From contig CAYMOT010000001.1 of assembly GCA_964392315.1 (NCBI GenBank), forward strand, positions 285,498-349,497: a stretch of 64,000 nucleotides of DNA, written 5' to 3'. The notes beneath the pieces were generated by a model, which saw only the letters and a program-made list of their open reading frames with translations, searched no databases and was not told the origin of the DNA. Shown piece after piece: positions 49,770-59,283 of the stretch. This DNA comes from an uncultured Candidatus Saccharibacteria bacterium (GTDB taxonomy: Bacteria; Patescibacteriota; 4484-211; JAGQKX01). Each line of letters begins with the position of its first letter. Position 1 is the first letter of the stretch. The translations under genes were made by a program, and so were the position numbers.

Positions 49770-51362
49770 ATGATACTCCAGCTCATTATCACGATCGTGC
49801 TTGGTGTTTGTATTCTGTTGATTGTCTATTTGTATACCGCAAGGCAAACTGCCCTTGCTACACTACGAGAAACGCTAATCTCTTTGACCCTGACCCAGTA
49901 TTCGCCACATGCAGCACCTCATATATTGGTGCAAACAAATAAAGACGGAGTAATTACTGAAATAAATACCGATATCAAAACAATTGGTCAATTTACTCCA
50001 TATGAGCTTATCGGTAAGAGTGTGGACATTCTTAATACGCGGTTGGATGATGCGAAATCAGATTCGATGTGGGAGACGCTCCGTACATTAGTGCCGTATC
50101 GTTTCGAAGTGTCAGGCTTTTATAAATCGAATGTGCCATTTTCGTTTTTGCTAACAATAGTACCAGTTTTAGATACAAAACATGTAGTTATTGGATATTT
50201 GGGAATACGGATTCCAGAAGCTGTTGAAAGTTCTCATTCGGAAGAGTTGTTGCACGCCTCTTCAGTTCAGACTCAGGCACATGCAGAAGCAATTATTGCG
50301 AGCATCGCTGAAGGCGTAATTGTGACCGATCAGCATGGAGATATCACCATGACCAACCAGGCGGGAAAAGAAATGTTGGGAATAACTGATAGCGAAGGAA
50401 AGTCAATCATAGAAATTTTGCCACTGGAGGATGAGCATGGCGCGATGCTCCTTCCTGAATTTCATCCCGTATATGTAGCACTGAGAGAAGCGCGTGCGGT
50501 AGTGACACATAAATATACCTACGTACGGTCAGATTTTACAAAAATGCGTCTTGCAGTGACCACCTCGCCGATATATACAGGAGGTAGTGTTATTGGTATT
50601 GTAACTGTACTGAGAGACGCAACTTTAGAAGAGCAGATCGATCGTTCAAAAACTGAGTTTGTATCTCTTGCGTCACATCAATTACGCACTCCCTTAACGG
50701 CGATTAATTGGTATACAGAACTCTTGCTGGATCAAGGGGTGGATCGCCTTACAGACGACCAGAAAAGTTTTTTGCAGCAAATTCAAGCAAGTAGTGCGAG
50801 TATGAATGAGCTCGTAAGTTCGTTGCTCAACGTCTCTCGTCTTGAATTAGGCACTTTTATCATAGAGCCAGCCCTTACTGATATTGTGCAATTAGTGGAA
50901 GAGGTTCTAGCAGAGCTCCAGGTCAAAATAGTTGAATCTGGTCATGCAGTAGAGAAGGAGTTTGATGCCACGCTGGAAGAGATTGCGGTTGATCCGAAAC
51001 TTATGCGAATTGTGGTGCAGAATTTGCTCTCCAACGCGGTCAAATATACTCCGCCACGGGGCACGGTTAAGATTCGGTTATATCGACACTATCCTGATAT
51101 GCGGTTTGAGGTAAAAGATACCGGATACGGGATACCGCAAAACCAGAAGGACAAAATATTTACAAAACTATTCCGCGCTGATAATGTGTTAGAAGAAAAC
51201 CTAGAGGGCAATGGTCTCGGGTTGTATATTGTTAAAGAAATTTTGGATCAGAGTGGTGGAGCAATTTGGTTTGAATCTCAGCAGGATAAAGGGACGACGT
51301 TCTTTGTGAGTATTCCCTTAACAGGTATGCGTAAAAAAGAGGGAACCAAAGCACTTATATAG
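49770..51362 (+). CDS. Sensor histidine kinase: N-terminal TM, PAS-like repeats, HisKA and HATPase_c
   Basis: The H-box reads SLASHQLRTPLTAINWYTELL, the N-box reads LLSNAVKYT, and the G-boxes read DTGYGIP and GNGLGLYIVKEI. Confidence 0.85.
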   Translation: MILQLIITIVLGVCILLIVYLYTARQTALATLRETLISLTLTQYSPHAAPHILVQTNKDGVITEINTDIKTIGQFTPYELIGKSVDILNTRLDDAKSDSMWETLRTLVPYRFEVSGFYKSNVPFSFLLTIVPVLDTKHVVIGYLGIRIPEAVESSHSEELLHASSVQTQAHAEAIIASIAEGVIVTDQHGDITMTNQAGKEMLGITDSEGKSIIEILPLEDEHGAMLLPEFHPVYVALREARAVVTHKYTYVRSDFTKMRLAVTTSPIYTGGSVIGIVTVLRDATLEEQIDRSKTEFVSLASHQLRTPLTAINWYTELLLDQGVDRLTDDQKSFLQQIQASSASMNELVSSLLNVSRLELGTFIIEPALTDIVQLVEEVLAELQVKIVESGHAVEKEFDATLEEIAVDPKLMRIVVQNLLSNAVKYTPPRGTVKIRLYRHYPDMRFEVKDTGYGIPQNQKDKIFTKLFRADNVLEENLEGNGLGLYIVKEILDQSGGAIWFESQQDKGTTFFVSIPLTGMRKKEGTKALI

Positions 51363-51366
51363 TTTT

Positions 51367-51750
51367 ATGACTGGCAAAAAAATTCTCATCGTTGAAGACA
51401 TGCGTCCGATTCAAGAAGCGCTTGCTGCATCCCTCGCTGATGCAGGGTATGCAGTACTAACCGCAGGGAATGGAGAGGACGGTTATGAAAAGGCGCTGGC
51501 TGAAAGACCAGATCTGCTGCTTGTTGATATTATTATGCCTAAAATGGACGGAATTGCTATGATCAAGAAACTCCGTGAGCACGAATGGGGAAAGCACGCA
51601 TATGTTATGCTTTTGACTAACCTAGATGATTCTGACAAAGTCATGGAAGCGCACGCATACAATGTGTATGATTATTTGGTAAAAGCAGATTGGCGGCTAG
51701 AAAACGTTGTTCAACGTATCAACGAACGGTTGGGAGTTGTGACGAGTTAA
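51367..51750 (+). CDS. Second stand-alone response-regulator receiver domain
   Basis: It has ILIVEDMRP ... LLLVDIIMPKMDGIAMIKKL ... VMLLTNL ... DYLVKA. It is a paralogue of the upstream receiver and shares the DI(L/I)MPKM(N/D)G block. Confidence 0.8.
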   Translation: MTGKKILIVEDMRPIQEALAASLADAGYAVLTAGNGEDGYEKALAERPDLLLVDIIMPKMDGIAMIKKLREHEWGKHAYVMLLTNLDDSDKVMEAHAYNVYDYLVKADWRLENVVQRINERLGVVTS

Positions 51751-51817
51751 ACAGAACTGTGTGGTATTTTCCCCTCGAGTTCACGTACCACTAAACTACG
51801 GTCATAGGCTATAATCA

Positions 51818-52930
51818 GTGCGTATGAAACATGTATTAATAGGTGCTTTTGGTATTGCTCTCGTTTTTATACATATAAGCACATCGTATGCTCAAGAGAA
51901 TGTACGAACCGAGTTTTTAGAGGGCGAGGTCGTATCCGTGCAAGAAGTTGCACGCGAAGAGGGTCAGCAGGTTGAAGTACCGATACAGGACTTAGGTGTT
52001 CGTATCACAAAAGGCCCTCTCCTTGATCAAACAATTACGCTTCGTTCTGATAACTATGCAGGTGTGCACGTCCCCACGTACTCTATTGGAGATTTATTGG
52101 TTATCCGGTATGAAGTAAACGAGAGCGGTGTTCCGACATTCCAAATACAAGATTTTGTCCGTAGGACGCCGATGGTTTGGCTACTTGTGCTTTTCTTGAT
52201 TCTTTCGATCATTATAGGAGGGAAGCATGGCGTACGCTCTTTGGTCAGCCTCGGGATATCATTTCTTATAATTGTTCTGTTTATCCTGCCGCAAATTGGG
52301 GCAGGAAGAAATCCAGCATTTATTGCAATAGTGGGGGGGACAGGCATTGCGCTCCTATCGTTTTACGTTTCTCATGGTGTCAATAAAAAGACAACAGCAG
52401 CTATTGTAGGAACTATGTTTTCGTTTATTGTGACCGCTTTAATCTCCCAAGTCTTTATCAGTTGGGCACACTTAAGCGGGTTCTCGGCAGACGAAAGTTT
52501 GTTTTTACAAATTGCCAAGGGCGATTTGGTCAATATACAAGGGCTTGTGCTTGCAAGCATTATTATCGGTGCGCTCGGTGTTCTTGACGATGTAACAATA
52601 TCTCAAGCTTCAATAGTACAAGAGCTTAAGTATGCAGATCCATCCCTCACCGGAAGCCAGCTGTTCATCAGAGCAATGCGTGTAGGACGAGACCACATCG
52701 CCTCACTGATTAACACCTTGGTCCTGGTGTATACCGCAGGTGCATTACCATTGTTATTACTGTATATCGATAGTTCTATTTCGTTTTCACAATTTATAAA
52801 TTATGAAATCGTGGCAGAAGAAGTAATTAGAACCCTTGCGGCAAGCATTGGATTGATTCTTGCGGTTCCCTTAACAACCCTCATTGCGGTTCGTTATGTT
52901 AATGCGGAAAAAGAGATCCACCGTCGGTAG
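51818..52930 (+). CDS. YibE/F-like integral membrane protein
   Basis: A signal peptide-like N-terminus is followed by a roughly 100-aa soluble region and then 6-7 TM helices, an architecture typical of the YibE/F family. Confidence 0.4.
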   Translation: MRMKHVLIGAFGIALVFIHISTSYAQENVRTEFLEGEVVSVQEVAREEGQQVEVPIQDLGVRITKGPLLDQTITLRSDNYAGVHVPTYSIGDLLVIRYEVNESGVPTFQIQDFVRRTPMVWLLVLFLILSIIIGGKHGVRSLVSLGISFLIIVLFILPQIGAGRNPAFIAIVGGTGIALLSFYVSHGVNKKTTAAIVGTMFSFIVTALISQVFISWAHLSGFSADESLFLQIAKGDLVNIQGLVLASIIIGALGVLDDVTISQASIVQELKYADPSLTGSQLFIRAMRVGRDHIASLINTLVLVYTAGALPLLLLYIDSSISFSQFINYEIVAEEVIRTLAASIGLILAVPLTTLIAVRYVNAEKEIHRR

Positions 52931-52948
52931 TTTCTAAAAAACATCACA

Positions 52949-53365
52949 TTACTCAATAAGACCGTCCTTGATCAATTTGGGAATAATGCTATTTTTTAGA
53001 ATATTGCCGATGGGTACGGAATCCATATTTTTTGAATTTAGCCAGAACTCACTTTCAATTTCACCGTCGCTATAAATCAAGGGTTGCTGTTCCCAGTTTT
53101 TTATTAGATATGTGTGCATGTGTACCGTTCGGTCTGTGAAACCAATTGCGCTATCTGCGTGTACACCGTATTCTTCAAGGTTTTCTTGCGACAATTGCAA
53201 ATTAAGTTCCTCTTGAAGTCCTCGCACCAATGCCTCTTTTGGATCTTCTCCTTGCTCTATTACGCCGCCAGGTATGAGAAAGGCATCACGATCAATTGGT
53301 TTAACAACCAGTAATTGTTTGTCTTTTATCAGAAGTCCGCCAGCATTATAAAAATCTTGGCTCAT
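52949..53365 (-). CDS. NUDIX hydrolase
   Basis: The Nudix box reads GGVIEQGEDPKEALVRGLQEELNL. The track ORF (to 53437) overlaps tRNA-Pro, so the start was moved to ATG 53363-53365. Confidence 0.75.
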   Translation of the reverse strand: MSQDFYNAGGLLIKDKQLLVVKPIDRDAFLIPGGVIEQGEDPKEALVRGLQEELNLQLSQENLEEYGVHADSAIGFTDRTVHMHTYLIKNWEQQPLIYSDGEIESEFWLNSKNMDSVPIGNILKNSIIPKLIKDGLIE

Positions 53366-53392
53366 AATGGAGTGAGCAATCAATTCTGTTTT

Positions 53393-53468
53393 TGGTCGGG
53401 GTGACAGGACTTGAACCTGCGACCTCCAGTACCCCATACTGGCGCGCTAGCCAACTGCGCCACACCCC
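53393..53468 (-). tRNA. tRNA-Pro (anticodon GGG)
   Basis: The reverse complement reads CGGGGTGTGGCGCAGTTGGCTAGCGCGCCAGTATGGGGTACTGGAGGTCGCAGGTTCAAGTCCTGTCACCCCGACCA. It folds as a cloverleaf with an anticodon loop AUGGGGU, a GTTCAAG T-loop, discriminator A and an encoded CCA. Confidence 0.85.
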
Positions 53469-53628
53469 GATAGTAATAGTCAAATAGTACTAATAAACAA
53501 ATAATCAAATCTACAAATCAATGTTTTGATAGAGATTATAGCAATTATTCTTGGTAGAAACCAAAATGCCCCGGGGTAGACATATGTCAGTATATATATC
53601 CCCTTGTAATGTATGCTACAATCGCTAC

Positions 53629-54705
53629 ATGCCGAAAGAGACTTCTGCGACCAATGGCAAGAGCGAAGCGGTAAAACTCGCGATTGATCAAATAGAAAAA
53701 CAGTTTGGCAAAGGTGCAATTATGCGGCTTGGTGAGGAAGGCAAGCGGGAGCAGATAGAAGCGATTCCCACGGGATCCATAGCGTTAGACTTGGCGCTTG
53801 GTGTGGGTGGTGTACCACGGGGACGTATTATCGAAATCTTTGGTCCCGAAAGTAGCGGAAAAACTACTTTGGCACTTCACGTTGTTGCAGAAGCTCAGCG
53901 AATGGGGGGAATTGCAGCATTTATTGACGCTGAACATGCACTCGATCCGGTGTATGCGGGAAAGATTGGGGTCAATGTTGATGAGCTCCTTCTCTCGCAA
54001 CCTGATACTGGAGAACAGGCTTTGGAAATTGCTGAGACCCTGGTTCGTTCGGGTGCTGTTGATATCATTATTGTTGATTCGGTTGCTGCGCTTGTGCCAC
54101 GTGCAGAGATTGAAGGTGAAATGGGTGATAGTCATGTAGGTCTGCAGGCTCGTCTTATGAGCCAGGCACTGCGTAAGCTCACCGGAGTAATAAATCGCTC
54201 GCATACAACCGTCATTTTCATTAACCAATTGCGCTTAAAAATCGGGGTTATGTTTGGCAATCCAGAAACAACACCTGGAGGATTAGCGCTTAAATTTTAT
54301 GCCTCTGTTCGCATGGATATCCGTCGCAAGGCTGCGCTCAAAGACGGAGAAGAGACTGTGGGTAATAGGCATGTCGTAAAAGTAGTGAAAAATAAGGTTG
54401 CACCGCCATTTCGCCAGGCGGAATTTGATATTATGTATGGTGAGGGCATTTCAGGAGAGGGAAGTCTTATTGATGTGGGTGTTGAGCTTGGGGTGGTTGA
54501 TAAATCAGGTAGTTGGTACGCGTATAAAAACGAAAAGATTGGACAGGGGCGTCTTGGTGCACTGGAGTTTCTCAAAGAAAATAAAAAAGTAGCCAATAGT
54601 ATACAACAGGACATCATGAAGAAAATGAAGGAAGGTAATACACCGCTAGAACTTGGAGAGACAAAAGAAGCAAATAATGTAGAAATGGCTATAGAAGAAC
54701 AGTGA
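53629..54705 (+). CDS. recA: Recombinase RecA
   Basis: It has Walker [10 protein letters not shown], plus ALDPVYA and VIFINQLR, and the N-terminus reads [20 protein letters not shown]. The track start 53551 adds 26 non-RecA residues; ATG 53629 is preferred. A TGcTACAAT -10 ends 6 nt upstream of it. Confidence 0.93.
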   Translation: MPKETSATNGKSEAVKLAIDQIEKQFGKGAIMRLGEEGKREQIEAIPTGSIALDLALGVGGVPRGRIIEIFGPESSGKTTLALHVVAEAQRMGGIAAFIDAEHALDPVYAGKIGVNVDELLLSQPDTGEQALEIAETLVRSGAVDIIIVDSVAALVPRAEIEGEMGDSHVGLQARLMSQALRKLTGVINRSHTTVIFINQLRLKIGVMFGNPETTPGGLALKFYASVRMDIRRKAALKDGEETVGNRHVVKVVKNKVAPPFRQAEFDIMYGEGISGEGSLIDVGVELGVVDKSGSWYAYKNEKIGQGRLGALEFLKENKKVANSIQQDIMKKMKEGNTPLELGETKEANNVEMAIEEQ

Positions 54706-54712
54706 TGTACTT

Positions 54713-55351
54713 GTGCCCGTTGTTACCAATATCCTTCCACAAAAAAAGGACCCTTCCCGTTTTAATGTGTATATAGATGATGAATTTGCGTTTGGCCTTT
54801 CTCAAATTTCACTGGCCAACCTAGGTCTAGCAATAGGAAAACAACTTACCCCAACGGAACTCGAACAGGTAAGAAGTGAAAAGGAGTTTGATATGCTTTT
54901 GCAAAAAGCAATAACCTATCTCTCATATAGGCCACGTTCGACACGAGAGCTCATAACACGCTTGTCTCAAAAAATACCTACAGCACAAAAAGAAAAAATA
55001 CAAAGCGTCGCTGATTACTTATTGGAAAAGCACTATCTTGATGACAAAGCATTTGCTGAGTGGTGGGTAAGACAACGAAGAGAATTAGGTAAACGCTTTG
55101 GCAAGCATCGGATACGTCAAGAACTGAGAGCAAAGGGTATTTCCGAGGAGTATATAGAGACTGCGTTGCAAAATTCGGAAGAGGATAATGATGAAAGCGA
55201 AATCGCCTATGAAGAAGCATTGAAGATCTGTAAACGAGTGAAAGAAAAAGATACGCAAATTGTGAGAAATAAGTGCATACAAACACTGGTCCGGCGAGGG
55301 TTTAGCTGGGATATAGCGCGCACCGCGGCCACAAGGGTCTTGAGTGAGTAG
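54713..55351 (+). CDS. recX: RecA regulator RecX
   Basis: A three-repeat helical protein (FNVYIDDEFAFGL ... AITYLSYRPRSTRELITRL ... AEWWVRQRR) located directly downstream of recA. Confidence 0.8.
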   Translation: MPVVTNILPQKKDPSRFNVYIDDEFAFGLSQISLANLGLAIGKQLTPTELEQVRSEKEFDMLLQKAITYLSYRPRSTRELITRLSQKIPTAQKEKIQSVADYLLEKHYLDDKAFAEWWVRQRRELGKRFGKHRIRQELRAKGISEEYIETALQNSEEDNDESEIAYEEALKICKRVKEKDTQIVRNKCIQTLVRRGFSWDIARTAATRVLSE

Positions 55352-55472
55352 TGTAGTTGTATATTAACGTTTTGATTGATACAATAGGTTAACTATGTTG
55401 AGCAGTATTACTACTCGTGTACGGTTAATAACAAAAGAACTGTCCAATCGCGTGGTAACCTGTGGATAAGTA

Positions 55473-56906
55473 ATGATTTTTGATACATCTCCACAAGACA
55501 CAGATCAGACATCTGATCCAACCCTACAGCCCCAAAACGATACACCAACCCTATCTACAACCATTGTTGATACCGATGCAAAAGCGGTGCTTCTTGAGGC
55601 GAAATCACAAGCACTTGCAATGAAAGAAGAAGCGGAGCGTGAGGCGCATGGTATTCGAGAACGTGCTCAACAGAAAGAGAGTGAAGTCAATCGGTTGCAA
55701 GAACGTCTGCAGGAGCGCCTTCGTGAAATCGATGAGTTAAGGGGTACGCTGCTTAAAGATATCGAGAAGACACATTCTCTCAGTAGAAGTGAGGCTGAAG
55801 AAACATATCTCGCACAACTTGATGAAGAATTAAAGCAAGAATCAGCGCGACGGATTAAAGAGAATGAGGATCGCATAAAGGCAGAGTCCGAAAAGCGTGC
55901 ACGAAGCATATTAGTTACCGCTCTTCAGCGTGTGACGTTGGATCACGTTTCTGAACTAACAACTGCTGTTGTTAAACTCCCAAATGAAGCAATGGTTGGT
56001 CCAATTATTGGTAAAGAAGGGCGGAATATTAAAGCATTTGAACAGGCTACGGGTGTGAATGTTGAAATTGGTGAAACCCCTGGTGTGATCACCTTGTCGT
56101 CTATTGACCCTGTCCGGCGCGAGATTGCACGCCGGTCTCTTGAGCAGTTGATTGCTGATGGTCGAATCCAACCTGCACGTATTGAAGAAGTCGTCTTGAA
56201 GATGCGTTCGCAGATGGATGAGGAACTGATCAAAGAGGGAGAGCAGCATGCACTTGATGCAAAGGTTGCCGGTTTGCCGGAAGAGATTATTCGTCTCTTG
56301 GGTCGTCTCAAGTACCGCACCTCTTATGGGCAAAATATGCATGCGCATAATCTCGAAGTAGTAAATATTGGGAGAATGCTTGCAGCAGAATTAGGCGCAA
56401 ACGTTGAAGTTGTCAAAAAAGCATGTCTTTTGCACGATATAGGAAAAGCAGTAACGAGTGAGGTTGAGGGAGGACACGCAGAAGTTGGAGCTGAAATTTG
56501 TAGACGGTATGGAGTTGAAGAAGAGGTTGTTGTTGCCTTTGAAGGACACCATACTGATAATTTGCCAACTATTGAGGCTGTTATTGTATACCTCGCTGAT
56601 GCAATCTCAGGTGCACGTCCTGGCGCTCGTAGAGAAGACTATGAGGCCTATATTGAGCGAATCAAGGAACTTGAATCAATCGCTGAAGCGTTTCGCGGTG
56701 TAGAGAAAGCGTATGCGATTTCCGCGGGGAGAGAAGTTCGCGTCATAGTGAAGCCAGCGGAGATTGGAGATGCAGATATGGTTCGTTTAGCACATGACAT
56801 CAGTCGCAAGGTTAGCGAACAAGTGCAAAATTTTCCGGGACAAATTAAGATAAATGTTATTCGGGAGCTGCGCGCACATGCGTATGCACAACCAAAAAGC
56901 ACTTAG
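55473..56906 (+). CDS. rny: Ribonuclease Y with KH and HD domains. No N-terminal TM helix is evident.
   Basis: A coiled-coil N-terminus is followed by a KH domain (VGPIIGKEGRNIKAFEQATGVNVEI) and an HD domain (LLHDIGKA ... HH). Confidence 0.85.
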   Translation: MIFDTSPQDTDQTSDPTLQPQNDTPTLSTTIVDTDAKAVLLEAKSQALAMKEEAEREAHGIRERAQQKESEVNRLQERLQERLREIDELRGTLLKDIEKTHSLSRSEAEETYLAQLDEELKQESARRIKENEDRIKAESEKRARSILVTALQRVTLDHVSELTTAVVKLPNEAMVGPIIGKEGRNIKAFEQATGVNVEIGETPGVITLSSIDPVRREIARRSLEQLIADGRIQPARIEEVVLKMRSQMDEELIKEGEQHALDAKVAGLPEEIIRLLGRLKYRTSYGQNMHAHNLEVVNIGRMLAAELGANVEVVKKACLLHDIGKAVTSEVEGGHAEVGAEICRRYGVEEEVVVAFEGHHTDNLPTIEAVIVYLADAISGARPGARREDYEAYIERIKELESIAEAFRGVEKAYAISAGREVRVIVKPAEIGDADMVRLAHDISRKVSEQVQNFPGQIKINVIRELRAHAYAQPKST

Positions 56907-56985
56907 CAGTGCAATTACCAATTTCCAATAACTCAAAGTTTGCCAAGCTTTGGTTTTTGAGTAATTAAAGATTGCACACTTCTCT

Positions 56986-57774
56986 ATGAATCTTCTTTTC
57001 GTTGGTGATATTGTCAGTCGTCCTGGCCGTACTACCGTAAAATCTTTACTCCCGTCCCTTCGAGATGAATATGCTATCGATGTTGTAGTAGCAAATGCTG
57101 AAAATCTATCGGGAGGACGTGGCGTTACGATTGAGACACTCGACGAAATGTTGCAGGCTGGTGTCGATTATTTTACTTCAGGGGACCACATTTTTTGGGG
57201 AGAAGACTTTGCTACTATTCTGGAAGACGAAGGAATGCGCATTCTCCGACCCGCCAACCTTCCTACAGATATACCAGGACGTGGGTACACTGTACTGGAC
57301 ACCGGCCAGTTTAAGCTTGGCATAATTAACCTCATAGGACATACTACCGAACAACTAGATACTGTTTCATTAGATATTTTTCGGACAGTTGATGGTATCC
57401 TGGACGAGATTGGTACAGGCTTTCCTATAATGATTGATATTCACGCTGAATACACATCAGAAAAACAGGCATTGGCTCAGTACGTCGCTGGGAGAGTTAG
57501 TGCTGTTTTTGGAACGCATACACACGTAGGTACAATCGATACTGAGATTCTTCTAGACAAGACCGGTAAAGTTACCGATGCGGGAATGGTGGGTGCTATA
57601 GACTCTGTACTTGGTGTTGAAACAGACATCATTATTAACAAACAAAAGTATCCGTACCCGCAACGTTTTGAGTGGGTAAAGTCCGGCAAATCAAGGTTTA
57701 ATGCTGTGTTGGCAACAATTGACGAAAACGGTACATGCACATCAATTACCCGAGTTGATCGCGTAAATCCTTGA
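56986..57774 (+). CDS. ymdB: YmdB-like metallophosphoesterase (2',3'-cyclic-nucleotide phosphodiesterase, TIGR00282 family)
   Basis: It has LLFVGDIVSRPGR ... VVANAENLSGGRG ... DIHAEYTSEKQAL ... GTHTHVGT, and it is adjacent to rny as in Bacillus. Confidence 0.8.
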   Translation: MNLLFVGDIVSRPGRTTVKSLLPSLRDEYAIDVVVANAENLSGGRGVTIETLDEMLQAGVDYFTSGDHIFWGEDFATILEDEGMRILRPANLPTDIPGRGYTVLDTGQFKLGIINLIGHTTEQLDTVSLDIFRTVDGILDEIGTGFPIMIDIHAEYTSEKQALAQYVAGRVSAVFGTHTHVGTIDTEILLDKTGKVTDAGMVGAIDSVLGVETDIIINKQKYPYPQRFEWVKSGKSRFNAVLATIDENGTCTSITRVDRVNP

Positions 57775-57797
57775 CACTGTCAGGTTTGCGTGATAAT
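57771..57797 (+). promoter_or_regulatory. Candidate promoter for hup: TTGACA, 15-nt spacer, GATAAT
   Basis: ttgaca at 57771-57776 overlaps the ymdB stop, and gataat lies at 57792-57797. A strong GAGGGGGGG ribosome-binding site precedes the hup ATG. Confidence 0.3.
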
Positions 57798-57860
57798 CTC
57801 GTCTTCGATACAGTATGTCGTGTAAAAAATTATTTACTGTACACTTTAACCTGAGGGGGG

Positions 57861-58145
57861 GTGAGTCCACACATGACTAAGCAAATGCTCATAGAAGAAT
57901 TGGCTGGCCGTGCTGACTTAACAAAGCGTGCTGCTGGTGATGCGCTCAATGCATTACTCGATATCGTAACTGAAGCAATGGCACGTGGTGAGAAAGTTAC
58001 TTTAACTGGCTTTGGAACTTTCCTTGTAAGAAAGCGAGCAGCTCGCATGGGCCGCAACCCTCAAACGGGAGAACCTTTGCACATTCCTGCACAGGCAACC
58101 CCAGCTTTCCGAGCGGGTTCTGCGCTCAAAGAGTCAGTGAGATAA
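57861..58145 (+). CDS. hup: DNA-binding protein HU
   Basis: It has MTKQMLIEELA ... FGTFLVRKRAARMGRNPQTGEPLHIPA, the HU/IHF arm. Confidence 0.92.
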   Translation: MSPHMTKQMLIEELAGRADLTKRAAGDALNALLDIVTEAMARGEKVTLTGFGTFLVRKRAARMGRNPQTGEPLHIPAQATPAFRAGSALKESVR

Positions 58146-58315
58146 GTCACTGTGTGACATCCCGGATTGTGCAACGGGATACGTTACTATCCCCCGCACC
58201 TTCTCATGGGAGTTATCTATGCCAGGCAGGTTCGATATATTCGAAACTTTTTGACTAGATAGAACCTATAAGAAGGTGCGGGGTTCTTGTATAACCTATC
58301 GATCGCACCTGAAGT

Positions 58316-59275
58316 ATGGCATCTCCAAAGCTTATTACTATCGTTGGTCCAACTGGTACAGGAAAAACAGCGCTTGCATTAACCCTCGCAAAGAAACTTA
58401 ATACCGAAATTATTTCTGCAGATTCAAGACAGGTATATAAAGACGCACATATTGGGACAAACAAACTACCCACTACCACAAAAGAATTATCAGTACAAAA
58501 AGGCGAAGGCTATTGGAACATTGATGGTGTGTACGTGCATCTCTACGATGTTGTTTTTCCACATGAAGCATTTGCCGTGGGAGAGTTTGTGAAGCTGGCG
58601 AGTGCGCTCTGCACAAAGCTCTGGAATGAAGGTCGAATTCCAATTATAGCTGGTGGTACAGGATTTTATATAGATGCTCTAACAGGTCGCCGAACTTTTA
58701 GTGCTGCTCCACAGTTAAAGGATAAAAGGCGTGAGTGGATCAATTATAGTAACGACTCATTACTCGCAGAATTGAAGAAAAAAGATCCATATTTTGTAGA
58801 AAGTATGCACTATGCCGATACGCAAAATAAGCAACGTTTGCTGAGGTATTTGGAACTTGCTGTCTATGCAGGGTCGGTATTAAGGGCGTCTGAAAGCACT
58901 CCGTTGCCCGATGATATGCATACCTTGTGGGTAGGGTTGACTGCTGATCGTAGAGAATTACACCAAAGGGCAGATGAGTGGGTCAATTCGTTGTTTTGGA
59001 GAGGCATAGTACGGGAAACGCAAGCACTTGTAGAAAAAGGGTATAAGGACACACCACTCATGCAGGGAATGATATACAAACAAGTGGTGCAATTTTTAGA
59101 GGGAACACATACCGCTACAGAGACACTTACACAAATACAGACATACATGCATGCATATATTCGGCGTCAATTAGTATGGTTTCGTCGGAATACCGAGATT
59201 AATTGGTTTGATGTGTCAAAGCCTTCGTATAGTAAAGATCTGATGCACTTGGTAGAATTATTTGTAGAACGATAG
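58316..59275 (+). CDS. miaA: tRNA dimethylallyltransferase MiaA
   Basis: It has a P-loop (IVGPTGTGKTALAL), followed by ISADSRQVYKD and IAGGTGFYIDAL. Confidence 0.9.
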   Translation: MASPKLITIVGPTGTGKTALALTLAKKLNTEIISADSRQVYKDAHIGTNKLPTTTKELSVQKGEGYWNIDGVYVHLYDVVFPHEAFAVGEFVKLASALCTKLWNEGRIPIIAGGTGFYIDALTGRRTFSAAPQLKDKRREWINYSNDSLLAELKKKDPYFVESMHYADTQNKQRLLRYLELAVYAGSVLRASESTPLPDDMHTLWVGLTADRRELHQRADEWVNSLFWRGIVRETQALVEKGYKDTPLMQGMIYKQVVQFLEGTHTATETLTQIQTYMHAYIRRQLVWFRRNTEINWFDVSKPSYSKDLMHLVELFVER

Positions 59276-59283
59276 TTTGAATT

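Noticed and set aside
53551-53628. An upstream start for recA giving an N-terminal extension of 26 residues
   Set aside because: The extension ([26 protein letters not shown]) is not RecA-like. The TGcTACAAT -10 lies inside it, 6 nt before ATG 53629.
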